DNA of 61,035 nucleotides from a virus (lineage: Duplodnaviria; Caudoviricetes). Shown here one piece after another: positions 29,036 through 38,853 of the stretch (the first letter of the stretch is position 1; every line of letters starts with the position of its first letter). Under the pieces are notes generated by a model. The model saw only the letters and a program-made list of their open reading frames with translations. It did no database searches and was not told the origin of the DNA. The DNA lies in the IMG/VR virus record IMGVR_UViG_3300025141_017123, positions 1-61,035 of that record; one strand, given 5' to 3'. The translations under genes were made by a program, and so were the position numbers.

Positions 29036-29273
29036 GTTTGTGCTTGGGGTAAGTTTGGATTCTTACCTCAGTACCGTCGGTAATACGGATAAACTCAAAC
29101 CAACAATGAATGCACACAGTGTGATCGTTATAAACCTCGCCCTGTGGTGGGCGCATGGTTTTTAACGTGTTATTGCACTCAGGGCATTTGTAATGAATTA
29201 CAGGCTTACTACGCAATATTGCCCCATTAAAAAATGCCTGGCATTCAGCTTTAATGTCTTTTAATAGCTCCAT
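29022..29273 (-). CDS. Small zinc-ribbon protein
   Basis: CPEC..CIHC. Confidence 0.65.
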   Translation of the reverse strand: MELLKDIKAECQAFFNGAILRSKPVIHYKCPECNNTLKTMRPPQGEVYNDHTVCIHCWFEFIRITDGTEVRIQTYPKHKHAKQ

Positions 29274-29282
29274 GGTTTCACC

Positions 29283-29690
29283 TTACAAACTTAAATTTAA
29301 TTGTGTTTCGTGCGCCCGTTCGTCTTGATATGCACTGTAAATACTGCTTACTTGTTGGCGGGTTATTTTAAAACGCTTAACCAGCTGCTGAATGTTGCAG
29401 GTTTTGGTGTCTAGCGCCTCACAAATTTGCTGATTACGAATTTGCATAAGCACTTTGTGCAGCATGGGTATTTGATAGCTTGAGCCTACGTTTGCGTCTA
29501 TCAGTTCTTGCACCAGGGCTTTACCAAATACCTTTACTACTTCGTGATCCTCGGTAGGCTTTTCAGGGATATAAAACATTTGCCCTTGTTGCTCGGTGAG
29601 TACCGCAATGGTTTGTTCAACACCCAAGTGTTTAACAATACGGCGCAGGCCGTGCGGTAATGCCCGTAAATCTATCGTTGATTCGCTCAT
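29283..29690 (-). CDS. Mor/C-family transcription activator
   Basis: LPHGLR.IV..LG, G..FYIP, IRNQQI, C-terminal HTH ITRQQV. Confidence 0.8.
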   Translation of the reverse strand: MSESTIDLRALPHGLRRIVKHLGVEQTIAVLTEQQGQMFYIPEKPTEDHEVVKVFGKALVQELIDANVGSSYQIPMLHKVLMQIRNQQICEALDTKTCNIQQLVKRFKITRQQVSSIYSAYQDERAHETQLNLSL

Positions 29691-29884
29691 GATTGCTCCT
29701 CAAATAAATAATCTAAGCCATTTTCCCGGTCTATTTTGCGTTGCTCTTGGTAAGCCTCTACATCACGTCGAATACGGCATTTTTGCTTGTCTTTATCTTT
29801 AACATTACGATAGCGCTTTTCCTCGGTATAAGGCGGCTTACGCGGGTTAATAGTAAAGTTTTGGTACTCTTCGTAATTAGCCAT
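29687..29884 (-). CDS. Hypothetical phage protein
   Basis: Coupled ORF between GemA and Mor. Confidence 0.6.
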   Translation of the reverse strand: MANYEEYQNFTINPRKPPYTEEKRYRNVKDKDKQKCRIRRDVEAYQEQRKIDRENGLDYLFEEQS

Positions 29885-30283
29885 TTACGCCCCCTGCTTT
29901 GCTTTATGGCGTGCAAGCCATTGCTTAAGTACTTCAATAATGTGCGGCCATTGCTGGGCGCTTTGGCTGAGCTTTTTGCCTTGTAAGTGTTTTTCACAAA
30001 ACGCATCGCAGGCCTGTTTTGAATCAATGTTTACCGCACCTGCGCGGCTTAATTGGCCCCATAGGCTGTAAATCATTTTTAGCTGTGCGGGTAACTGTGT
30101 TTTACCCGCATTTGGGTTCATAGCACGGTAACGTGCAAGCAGCTGCTGTTGTTCAAGCTTGGTTAGCCCTGTGCTGGTGTTTACACGGCCATCGCAAATG
30201 TATGACACATTAAGTTGGTGGGTATCTTGGTCGATACCCGCCGCCTTTTGTGCAATTTTGATTTGTTGGATCAAGTTACTCAT
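29885..30283 (-). CDS. GemA/gp16 (DUF1018) family protein
   Basis: IKIAQK..GID, KMIYSLW.QL, IIEVLKQW. Confidence 0.85.
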   Translation of the reverse strand: MSNLIQQIKIAQKAAGIDQDTHQLNVSYICDGRVNTSTGLTKLEQQQLLARYRAMNPNAGKTQLPAQLKMIYSLWGQLSRAGAVNIDSKQACDAFCEKHLQGKKLSQSAQQWPHIIEVLKQWLARHKAKQGA

Positions 30284-30639
30284 GCGCTTTCCTCCAGAGC
30301 TTCAATTTCAAACTGTGGGGCTTGGCCTATACCAATAATTTTAATGCCCCAATCTTTCATGCCCTCGGTATAAATAAGCGGGAATTCACGATATATGGTA
30401 TTAAAACGCCTAGCAGTATGTGCATGTGAGTTAACTTCGTGTACATGATGAATACTAAATAACTTGTCGGCAGTAAGGGTTGCAAAGGCCGCTTTAATGT
30501 TGCCATCGCATTTGTCTATTAGCTCGCCTTGCGGGTCTTTTTTAGCAAGTAGGCTTAGCATTGTTGCGTTTGTTACCAACGAGCTAAACGCTAAATGTGC
30601 TGTATAACGTGATGTGTTTAATTTTATTGTAAATGGCAT
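30280..30639 (-). CDS. Hypothetical phage protein
   Basis: RBS AAGGA before ATG 30639. Confidence 0.6.
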   Translation of the reverse strand: MPFTIKLNTSRYTAHLAFSSLVTNATMLSLLAKKDPQGELIDKCDGNIKAAFATLTADKLFSIHHVHEVNSHAHTARRFNTIYREFPLIYTEGMKDWGIKIIGIGQAPQFEIEALEESA

Positions 30640-30675
30640 AATTAAATCCTTATTTAAAGTGTGTTTAAACAACGT

Positions 30676-31911
30676 TTAAACTGCTGGTTTATTAAGTACT
30701 GATGAAAAAATGCCATTGACTAACAACTTGTCTACGGCGGTGTCAGGGTTTTTGTTAGTGTGGTTAAGCAAGTGCGGTAGTAAGTTTTCAACCAGTTCAC
30801 GGGCGTTACCCTCAACGCGTTTGTGCAGCCATTGCCACCACTTTGCGTCGTCTTGGGCAAGTTTTACGGTGCCTTCGGTGAGCTCTAAAAACAGGGTGCG
30901 AATATCTTCAACGGTAATTTGGCCGATAGGCTTAGGCCAAAAGCACACGCGGCTTGCAATGAGTTCGTAGCGCTCTTGGGTTTGTAGCTTGTCTACTAAC
31001 TGAATATTTCCAACCAGGGTTACGCCTACAATGGCTTGGTCGCTTATGGTGCGCAGTGGGTCGAGCGAGTTAGGTTTGCACTTGTCGGCCTCGTCTAAAA
31101 TTATTAAACGGTCGGTATCGCGCAGTGCTTGAATAATTTTTTGCATGTTTTTGTACGCGCTTGGGCAGCGCGATAAGCCCAGGGCTAAAGTTAGTTGCTC
31201 AAGCACTTGGGTGCTGCTGGTTTGCTCACTGCCAGCAATTAAAATGGCTTCTTTGTTGTGGCGGCAATACTCCGCAATACCTTTGGTTTTACCCAGCCCT
31301 GCTTGGCCTGCAAACACACTAAAGCGTTTACGTTGGCGAGCTTGGTCGCAGGCCATAGCAATAAGCTTTGATGTACTGGTAGGAATAAAGCGCACATCAC
31401 CGTACACAATGCTTATTTGTTTGCGCTCTTTACTAGGTTTGCCTTGATCAACTTCTGCAGGGCAAATAAGTGCCCAAATATCATGTAAATGTTTAGTAGG
31501 TTTTGCGTTGTATTTACCATTAATTAATTGGCTAATAGATGCAGGACTTTTACCCATACTCACTGCAATGCTTGCGCTAGTAATGTTTTGTTCGCGTATT
31601 TCAGGTGATTGTAAGCGCAGGCAAATACGTCCTGCCAGCTCACGATCAGCTTTGTTATACGACTTATTAAAGCCGTTACGTTTTTCAATATCTGTAATGG
31701 CCGCTTCACCAAATAACTGGTGCCAAATTTGTGTAATTATTTTTTCAGGGTTGATGGTGCATTTGTTCGCGAGTACTTCTTTTACTGACTGCAGTGCAAA
31801 GCCACAGTTAAGTTCTTCGGCGGTCATGCCTGTGGTGCTTAGCTCTTGATTAATTAGCTCAACACGCAGGGTTTGCTCGGGCGTGTATGGGTGTGGTTGG
31901 CTATAGCTCAT
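30676..31911 (-). CDS. MuB-like transposition AAA+ ATPase with N-terminal HTH
   Basis: GQAGLGKT, IILDEAD, SRV arginine finger; follows transposase. Confidence 0.9.
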   Translation of the reverse strand: MSYSQPHPYTPEQTLRVELINQELSTTGMTAEELNCGFALQSVKEVLANKCTINPEKIITQIWHQLFGEAAITDIEKRNGFNKSYNKADRELAGRICLRLQSPEIREQNITSASIAVSMGKSPASISQLINGKYNAKPTKHLHDIWALICPAEVDQGKPSKERKQISIVYGDVRFIPTSTSKLIAMACDQARQRKRFSVFAGQAGLGKTKGIAEYCRHNKEAILIAGSEQTSSTQVLEQLTLALGLSRCPSAYKNMQKIIQALRDTDRLIILDEADKCKPNSLDPLRTISDQAIVGVTLVGNIQLVDKLQTQERYELIASRVCFWPKPIGQITVEDIRTLFLELTEGTVKLAQDDAKWWQWLHKRVEGNARELVENLLPHLLNHTNKNPDTAVDKLLVNGIFSSVLNKPAV

Positions 31912-33565
31912 AAGTTGTTTCCTTTCGTAAATTAGGTTGGTCTAGTAATTCGTTTAGGTCGATTTCGTGTTGTGGTTGTGCTGGTGTTACATCAAAATCA
32001 AAAATGTTTACCGGTGCTTCTTGTGCTTCAATACCTTTAATGGGTGCTGCAAACTTCGCCACTGAGTCAACATCAATAATGCGCTCCTGATTCTCTTGGG
32101 CTTCAATTTCACGGCGTTTGGTGTCTATGCGTTTTAAGCGACCAGTACGGCGTTTGCTTTCGGCTTGCTCGATGCGAGATGTAGGCACCGCGTGCGATTT
32201 AGTTTTTAAGTTAGCGAACATTAAAAACTCACCGTTTAGCTTATAAAGCTTGGTGTAGCTGTCGTCGTGTAGGTCGTAAGCGGCAACAAGCTCTTGGCCG
32301 TTAAACTGGTGTAAAAAGTCAGCTGAATAATCACGTTGATGCAGGCGGAAACGGCCACGGCGAATATTGACGGTTTCGCGTGGTAGCATGACAAAATCAC
32401 CCTCTACCGGTGGCACGCGCTCAATGTTTTCATCCCACACTTGTTGGCGGGTTTTACCTTTAATCTCGGGGTGTTCGCTATTGTGGTAGTCGTTTAAAAA
32501 TGCTTTAAACTCAGCTATCCATTCGTCTACTGTCGGTAGCTTACGTTTACCCTGTTTAGCCTCTTTAAGTACCAGTTGCTTATGGCGATCGTCGTGGTCA
32601 CGCCCGCAATAGGTACTAAAACGTTTACCAACACGGTCTTCCATGTGTAAAAAGAACCGCTCAATCCACTTAACACGGGCATTGCCTGGTATGGCAAATA
32701 TTACGTCTATTTCAAACTGAGCATAAAAACCGGTGGTGTCGTCGTTCATTAGTTTGTTTTTGTAGCCAGAGCCGTTATCGAGATAAAACATGGCAGGCAC
32801 GTTGTTATGTACTTTAATGGCGCGGCTAATAGCTGCGAGTGTATCGAGCGTACTTTCTGCGTAGCCGAGTTCCCAGCCCACAATGCAGCGGCTTGCTACG
32901 TCTTGAAACGCAGTTAACTCAGCGCGGTATGGCTTACCCGTTTTAGGGTGCGCTAGGTATACGTCGAGCGTGTGGCCATCGCCGTTATACATAACACCAG
33001 GCTTTAAGTTGTCGGTTGAGCGCAACAAGTGGTCTTTATGTTTTTCACGATATAGTTTTGCACCCATACGATACGGGCTTTGTGGCCCTAGCTCGTGTGG
33101 CAGCGCATTTATAAAACGGCGTACTTGGTGATGCTCAGCCTTGTAGCCCTCTTTGTTTAACTGATCTGCCACTTGCGCAAAGCTTGGGCTATTAGGGCTG
33201 TGGTAAAGCTCAAGGCTACGGGCAAGCCAGCTGTACTGGGTTTGTGCTTTGCCTTTATGGTTAGGTAGTAACCCATTAATGCCGTTGTCTTTATAGGCGT
33301 TGCACCAATTATAAATGGTTGCGCGCCCGGGTAATTTACCCAGTGCATCAATAGCGATTGAAAGTGTAGCCATTGCTGTATTGGTGCGGTAGGCATTAAC
33401 CAGTGCTTCAAACGCTTTTGGTAACGCGCATTCTTGGGTTAATAAATGGCGTACTATTACCGCCCTACTTTGGGCTTTTTTACGGGCTGTTTCGCTGGCA
33501 TTTTGCCAACTTAGCTCGTTACCTATACTTGGTAACTTATTGTATTTTTGAACTGCAGGATGCAT
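31901..33565 (-). CDS. MuA-like DDE transposase
   Basis: GDGHTLD, YLDNGSGY, IERFF; Mu C-terminal domain YDLHD. Confidence 0.93.
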   Translation of the reverse strand: MHPAVQKYNKLPSIGNELSWQNASETARKKAQSRAVIVRHLLTQECALPKAFEALVNAYRTNTAMATLSIAIDALGKLPGRATIYNWCNAYKDNGINGLLPNHKGKAQTQYSWLARSLELYHSPNSPSFAQVADQLNKEGYKAEHHQVRRFINALPHELGPQSPYRMGAKLYREKHKDHLLRSTDNLKPGVMYNGDGHTLDVYLAHPKTGKPYRAELTAFQDVASRCIVGWELGYAESTLDTLAAISRAIKVHNNVPAMFYLDNGSGYKNKLMNDDTTGFYAQFEIDVIFAIPGNARVKWIERFFLHMEDRVGKRFSTYCGRDHDDRHKQLVLKEAKQGKRKLPTVDEWIAEFKAFLNDYHNSEHPEIKGKTRQQVWDENIERVPPVEGDFVMLPRETVNIRRGRFRLHQRDYSADFLHQFNGQELVAAYDLHDDSYTKLYKLNGEFLMFANLKTKSHAVPTSRIEQAESKRRTGRLKRIDTKRREIEAQENQERIIDVDSVAKFAAPIKGIEAQEAPVNIFDFDVTPAQPQHEIDLNELLDQPNLRKETTYEL

Positions 33566-33574
33566 TGCTCTTTC

Positions 33575-34495
33575 CTACTTTTGGGTATTAATACGGTCGT
33601 TAAACATGGCGAGCATGTATTCACGGTTTGCTTGGGCGTCTTGCCATTCGTCTTCGGCAAATTGTGGTATGCACTCAGCGCCGGCTAAATGCTCTGGGCC
33701 AAACTCACCGCTTAAACGGTTTAACATGTGGGTAATGCGTTGCTGTACGGCTAACCATAAATGCCAGGTTGTTTGCGCTGCGCCTATACGGTGGTTTAAA
33801 TCAAGGTCGCGGGCGTTACAAAGTTGCTCGGCCATGGCTATAAACTCTTCGAGCGACTCGTTAACAACGGCATTATGTGCAAACGACTTTTGGCGCACCT
33901 GTGCAACCAGCATAGGCAGCTCGTACATTTGCTTTGGGGCCTTGGTTAAGCGCTCAGTCTCTAAAGCGTTTATGAGCGTGGTTGTTTGATCTTCAAGCTC
34001 GGTGTGTTTGTTTTTAAGCTTGCGAATTTCTTTACGGAACTCACGTACTGATAAGTCATTAAGTGTTTCAAGGTCGTCGTCATCTAACGATTCAACAGTT
34101 TCAACCGGTAAGCGAGCCATTTCAATTAGCTTGCTTTTGTTCATGTTTAAAACGGCGGACGTCCGCCGTTTTGACTCCGGCAATGCTAAAAACATTTTCG
34201 CGACAGTCATTGATTCCCTAACAGTTCTAGGAGCTAATGAATACTCACGTATTTTTGATTCAAACTCGCCGTGAGCGGAATGCATTTTGATAGACATATA
34301 CAACAGCCCGCGTTTTGCTGTATCTATAAGTGCTTGCTCTTCCATCTGAATAACTAGCTGCCATGCACTTTCAACATTGTCAGGCATCACTAGATGAACT
34401 TGAGTAGCCATAGATTCAATTTTTTGAGCTAGCTGTTGTTGCTCTTCTGCACTAAAAACCTGAATTTCAGACGGTTCTTGGTCTTTGATAGTCAT
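33575..34495 (-). CDS. DUF3102-like DNA-binding protein
   Basis: GLLY..K...HGEF, PRTVRESM..AK, MSVRE-like LSVREFR. Confidence 0.65.
   Translation of the reverse strand: MTIKDQEPSEIQVFSAEEQQQLAQKIESMATQVHLVMPDNVESAWQLVIQMEEQALIDTAKRGLLYMSIKMHSAHGEFESKIREYSLAPRTVRESMTVAKMFLALPESKRRTSAVLNMNKSKLIEMARLPVETVESLDDDDLETLNDLSVREFRKEIRKLKNKHTELEDQTTTLINALETERLTKAPKQMYELPMLVAQVRQKSFAHNAVVNESLEEFIAMAEQLCNARDLDLNHRIGAAQTTWHLWLAVQQRITHMLNRLSGEFGPEHLAGAECIPQFAEDEWQDAQANREYMLAMFNDRINTQK
34149..34172. repeat. Perfect 24-bp palindrome within the DUF3102-like gene
   Basis: AAAACGGCGGACGTCCGCCGTTTT. Confidence 0.9.
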
Positions 34496-34544
34496 TATCT
34501 TTTAGCCTTAGTTGGGTTTTATAGCGGGTGGTGTAATGGTGACG

Positions 34545-34997
34545 TCATTCTTGATTGTCGTCGTTTGTCAGTAACGACTCTGCAATATAGCGTTGCATGG
34601 CAGTGCGCTCTTCTATTTCCATTTGCAGCTCAGCGTGTTGCTGCAATAACTGCGAGCGCTGATCGACCGCTTTAAATAAAATAGGTTTGAGCAATATATT
34701 GGCAGGCTCGGTTGAGCGCACGGCGTAACAAAGTGCCGGTAAAAAGTGCATGGGCATGTAGTGTGCTTGGCTGGGTGCTAGCCATTTATTAAGTTTGGCT
34801 TGGTCAACTTCGTTGTTTTGCGAGTGTAGTGCGTCGTTCATGCGGTCAGCTATTACTGGGCGGCTAAAGCCTGAGCGCTTCATAGCAGAGCAAACACTGT
34901 GAATAAACAAATGGTATATATCGCAATCTGGCGCTACGTCTGCGTCAAGTATGCTTTTGGTCATCTGTTTTTGTTGTGCCATTGTTAACTGTTCCAT
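34545..34997 (-). CDS. Hypothetical phage regulatory protein (HTH-like)
   Basis: SR..IADRM...L..WLAPS...MP..LPA.C, typical of B3-like early genes. Confidence 0.65.
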   Translation of the reverse strand: MEQLTMAQQKQMTKSILDADVAPDCDIYHLFIHSVCSAMKRSGFSRPVIADRMNDALHSQNNEVDQAKLNKWLAPSQAHYMPMHFLPALCYAVRSTEPANILLKPILFKAVDQRSQLLQQHAELQMEIEERTAMQRYIAESLLTNDDNQE

Positions 34998-35053
34998 AGG
35001 TAAAAATCTCTTACAAAATTACATTGATTTAAAATGCGTAATTACCGATGCTG

Positions 35054-35317
35054 TCACTCAGCCGATAAAAGCTCGCGCAGCGCTTGTACTTTTTGGCTGC
35101 GGGTGTCTTTATTTTTGGTATAAGCGGGTACGTCAGGAAAAATAGCCTCTACCGGTTTGCCAATTATTTTGGCAATGGCAGCGGCCACTTTGTAGGATGT
35201 GGTGTGCTGATAAACAACACTGCTTACATGAGATAGGTTTAAGCCAAGTGCGGCTGCCACAATTGACAGTGAATAGCCTTTTTCTTCAAGTGCTTGTTTT
35301 ATTTGCTCTGGTTTCAT
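35054..35317 (-). CDS. Ner/Cro-like HTH regulator
   Basis: IKQALEEKGYSLS.VA..LG, AIAKIIGKPVEAIFP; divergent from repressor. Confidence 0.8.
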   Translation of the reverse strand: MKPEQIKQALEEKGYSLSIVAAALGLNLSHVSSVVYQHTTSYKVAAAIAKIIGKPVEAIFPDVPAYTKNKDTRSQKVQALRELLSAE

Positions 35318-35397
35318 TGTAAAGTGCCTTTTGGTTTACATACGCTTTTATGTTCTTTGGCGAGATTTAAAGTGTATGTTTTTGTTAATGTGTGGTG

Positions 35398-35447
35398 AGA
35401 ATAGGACATATATGTCTACATATCAACCCTTGCAAGACATAAATGTC
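35398..35447 (-). promoter_or_regulatory. Early leftward promoter with two palindromic operators
   Basis: TTGATA-N17-TATTCT on minus strand; GACATATATGTC (35405-35416) and GACATAAATGTC (35436-35447). Confidence 0.65.
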
Positions 35448-36131
35448 TGTGAATTATTTAAAAAAGAACGTAACCGACTGAATTTAAGTCAAAAAGAAAT
35501 TGCAGATTTTTTAGGAATGTCATCAAAACAGATCAGTCGATGGGAGACTCAAATTGCCATCCCATCTGATAAATTAGCTTTATTATCTGGTTTAGGATTT
35601 GACACTAATTATATTATTACTGGCATAAGTGGTGATTCGTTAACAGTTGCCGCTGCACCTACTCAAATCACAGCACTGCAAACCAGCCATGCTGATTTAA
35701 CGGCTGTGCCACAATACGATTTAGCGGCCAGTGCGGGTGGTGGTGCTTTGGTTATTGCCGAACACCCTATAGCACGGTTTGAGCTTTCTACCCGTTGGCT
35801 GCAACAAAATAACCTACATAATAAAAAGCTGACGGTAGTACCTGTGCGCGGCGACAGTATGGAAGGTACGCTATACGATGGTGATTTGACTCTCGTTTCA
35901 CTGGTAGACGACCCTGCTGATGCGCGTGAAGGTGTTTGCGTGCTTAGATTTGATGATGAGATTTTTGTAAAGCGTATACAGTACGACTTTAAAAGTAAGG
36001 GTTACAGCATTACCAGCGACAACAGCGCATACTCTGGCTTTTTTGTTGATGCGGATGATATTAACGCTGGGCGTTTTAGTGTACTTGGTCGTGTAGAACG
36101 TGTGTTACAACGGACACGTAAAGTGGATTGA
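35412..36131 (+). CDS. CI-like repressor (HTH + S24 peptidase)
   Basis: XRE HTH LSQKEIA..ISRWE, ASAGGG cleavage site, VRGDSM, FVKR; start codon uncertain. Confidence 0.9.
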   Translation: MSTYQPLQDINVCELFKKERNRLNLSQKEIADFLGMSSKQISRWETQIAIPSDKLALLSGLGFDTNYIITGISGDSLTVAAAPTQITALQTSHADLTAVPQYDLAASAGGGALVIAEHPIARFELSTRWLQQNNLHNKKLTVVPVRGDSMEGTLYDGDLTLVSLVDDPADAREGVCVLRFDDEIFVKRIQYDFKSKGYSITSDNSAYSGFFVDADDINAGRFSVLGRVERVLQRTRKVD

Positions 36132-36543
36132 TAATAAAAAGGAATGCAGATGGAGCTGTTAGAGCGCAAATATGTACGAGAGTTGGCTAATCAACATAAC
36201 ATAAGGCTGCTTGCTGCTGCCCTAAATAATACCTCCCCGCAACTACTGCTTGATTTAGACGATGAACTAAGTGAGTTAACTAAAGACCTTAGCGAAGAAG
36301 AAGTTAAAAAGTTTGATCTGATTTACTGTCAAGAAATGGATGCTTTAACGGCAATGAAGGAAGTAGAAATTGCAAAGGACAAATTGAAAATTGCTGAACT
36401 TGAGGCCAAAACCGCTGAGGTAGAGTTGAATCAAGCGCAAGAGCAAAGCGAAATTAATATTATTAGTTATGTTGTGGCCTTTGCAATCATATTTTTTGTT
36501 GGACTGTTTATTTTTGGTAAGTAACGGACACGTAAAGTGGATT
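36109..36543 (+). repeat. 21-bp direct repeats flanking a moron
   Basis: AACGGACACGTAAAGTGGATT at 36109-36129 and 36523-36543. Confidence 0.9.
36144..36524 (+). CDS. Moron: coiled-coil protein with C-terminal TM anchor
   Basis: RBS AAGGA; C-terminal hydrophobic helix. Confidence 0.75.
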   Translation: MQMELLERKYVRELANQHNIRLLAAALNNTSPQLLLDLDDELSELTKDLSEEEVKKFDLIYCQEMDALTAMKEVEIAKDKLKIAELEAKTAEVELNQAQEQSEINIISYVVAFAIIFFVGLFIFGK

Positions 36544-36575
36544 AGTAAAAATTTAAATAATAATTAGAGGGAACT

Positions 36576-37490
36576 ATGGCAAATAAAAACTATAACTTTG
36601 ATTTTTATCAATGTATAACAGCCAACTCAGACGTAAATGCAGAGCAAAGAACAACAGGCCAATTGCTTGATGATACATTTACACGTTTTGAGCAAGGCAA
36701 CAGCTGTGTAAAAGAAATAGCATCTTATACCTACGAACTACGCTTATTTGAACGCACAGAGTTTGGGTATCGAGGAGTAATAGGAAAGCATAGAACCAGT
36801 GACTTACCCAATGCCGCCATTGTTGGTGGTGAAGAACGAGAATTACAATTAGCGCCTAATGAAAACCTTTTAGAAAAATCTTTCTTTCATTTTTATAGAG
36901 ATTACTCGTTACTTATAGTGCAAAGAAACCATATGTGCATTGGGTTTAATAACCTAGCTAAATACTTTTCGTCGGGTGGGTATGTTACTGCGCTATCTCC
37001 TGTTATAGCTCCTGCCGATGTGTTGTTGTTAATGCAAAACAACATACTGATACGACATGCTGACTTTTCAATTGCAAAGCCTACAAACCCTGATTTATTT
37101 GAGGGTATTGAACATGACTTTGCTAATAATATAATCTCTACTTTAAGTGGCTCGGGCACGGCTATGCTAAACCTGACTCTTAGGGGGAATGCGAGATCGG
37201 ACGTTGCTGATGAGAGGTATTTAGCATCAAATTTGAAAGGTGCATTCAGAGAACTTAACTCTAAGTTTGATGTTAAAAAATGTAAATTGCTATTAGAAGA
37301 CGCCGATACACTGGTAACTCACCCTATTGATTTAGTTGCAGATAGACTGGTTTATTATGCAAAAGTGAATATCGAAGGGCGTTATCCTTCAGCTGCGGCA
37401 ATGTGGCAAGCGATGGAAGATGCTAGAGACTCAAAGGAATCTGAGCTAGAATTATACTTTGGGAGCTTAGAGCGTCAGAGATTAGGATAA
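36576..37490 (+). CDS. DUF6731-like accessory protein
   Basis: NFDFY, LLIVQRN, PIDLVADRL; coupled to a TM gene. Confidence 0.6.
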   Translation: MANKNYNFDFYQCITANSDVNAEQRTTGQLLDDTFTRFEQGNSCVKEIASYTYELRLFERTEFGYRGVIGKHRTSDLPNAAIVGGEERELQLAPNENLLEKSFFHFYRDYSLLIVQRNHMCIGFNNLAKYFSSGGYVTALSPVIAPADVLLLMQNNILIRHADFSIAKPTNPDLFEGIEHDFANNIISTLSGSGTAMLNLTLRGNARSDVADERYLASNLKGAFRELNSKFDVKKCKLLLEDADTLVTHPIDLVADRLVYYAKVNIEGRYPSAAAMWQAMEDARDSKESELELYFGSLERQRLG

Positions 37491-37493
37491 CCT

Positions 37494-37958
37494 ATGTGGC
37501 AAAGTGCTAAAAAACACCATGTTATGATTATGGCTAGCGTGTCTTTTGTTATTTGCATGTTTATATGGCCTGTTGTGGCTGACTTTAGTGCTAAGCAAAT
37601 ACAACCCATTGCCTCTGCGGTGTCTACCATTGCAGGGATTTTGTTTGGCTTTGTAATGGCCTCGATCACGTTATTTGCCTCAGCTAAAGACAATACTCTA
37701 ATACGTAATACTACCTTAACAGGCTACTTACCTAAGTTAGTTAATAAGCTGCATTTTACTATGGGGTTATTATTGGCTGTGTGTTTTATTTTTTTGGTAG
37801 TGCTGTTTATTCCTGATACAGCAAACTTTGATATTAATGATAAAACAATAAAGCTGGCGGCTGTGGTGATGATTGTTGGTGTATTTGTGATGTTAAATGC
37901 GTTCGCTAACTTTTTTGTTTCCTGGAATAAGTTTAAAGCGTTTTCAGCCCATATGTGA
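37494..37958 (+). CDS. Multi-pass membrane protein, partner of preceding gene
   Basis: Four hydrophobic segments, TIAGILFGF. Confidence 0.75.
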   Translation: MWQSAKKHHVMIMASVSFVICMFIWPVVADFSAKQIQPIASAVSTIAGILFGFVMASITLFASAKDNTLIRNTTLTGYLPKLVNKLHFTMGLLLAVCFIFLVVLFIPDTANFDINDKTIKLAAVVMIVGVFVMLNAFANFFVSWNKFKAFSAHM

Positions 37959-37973
37959 TGTGTAATGTTTGAA

Positions 37974-37997
37974 GAAGCCCCTAGTTAGGGGCTTTTT
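37974..37997. terminator. Intrinsic terminator between convergent genes
   Basis: AAGCCCCTA-GT-TAGGGGCTT followed by T-tract. Confidence 0.85.
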
Positions 37998-38719
37998 TAA
38001 TTTACTAAAGACAAATAAAATTTACCTAAGTCTTCATGTTGCGCAATACCTGCTGCTAAAGTAGTAAAGCTAGCAAGAAAATGAAAAGCACCGAGTAACT
38101 TTTCTCCGAAACCACTTTCCTTCAATTCATCTCTGTAAGCAATATCAGTAACGGCATGACCTAAAACCATATCTAAGCTATCTATAATTGGGTTTATACC
38201 TGTAATAATATATGAATTAATATGCTCTAGTATTTGATTTAATGCCTTATTTAAGTATTGTTTAAATTCTTTTGATAAGTCTGATTTAATCATTTCATCT
38301 ATAAGATCTTGAACCTTAACTCTCATTGAATTTAATGAATCTTCAGGAAGAACCTTTGTGCTAGTTTTGCCAGCGATTAGATCACTCAATAAACTGAGAT
38401 TATCTAATGAATGGTTATCGATTTTTGTTATAAAAGTACTGAATTGGCCATTGTAGTCTTGCTTTAAAAAAGCACTATTGACTTGCTTTGTCCAGTGCGT
38501 AGTTGTGCTTAATTGATTAGGGTATTCATTTTTTACAAATTCGAAAATTTCATAGGGAAGACTTGAAACTTTACCCATGTGCATTAAGAACTTAGATTCG
38601 TTTTCAGATGAAATATTTAAAATATCAGACCACATAGCTCTACAATTTTGATTATTAGGCTTACCTTTTGCTTTCACTAAAATAGCATGTAGCCTTGCTG
38701 CTGGATTATCTCCATTCAT
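37997..38719 (-). CDS. Hypothetical accessory protein
   Basis: AT-rich ORF, NPAARLH.IL motif, RBS before ATG 38719. Confidence 0.75.
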   Translation of the reverse strand: MNGDNPAARLHAILVKAKGKPNNQNCRAMWSDILNISSENESKFLMHMGKVSSLPYEIFEFVKNEYPNQLSTTTHWTKQVNSAFLKQDYNGQFSTFITKIDNHSLDNLSLLSDLIAGKTSTKVLPEDSLNSMRVKVQDLIDEMIKSDLSKEFKQYLNKALNQILEHINSYIITGINPIIDSLDMVLGHAVTDIAYRDELKESGFGEKLLGAFHFLASFTTLAAGIAQHEDLGKFYLSLVN

Positions 38720-38853
38720 TGTTATCTTCCTCAAATTAAAAAAACAATCTAACTTTTAACCTCTTACGTGTAAATACTAGATGTAGATATAGAGAATTTT
38801 TCACGGGGTGGTTTTTGTAAAAGCGAGATAGAATTATTATGCTTGCTAGGAAA

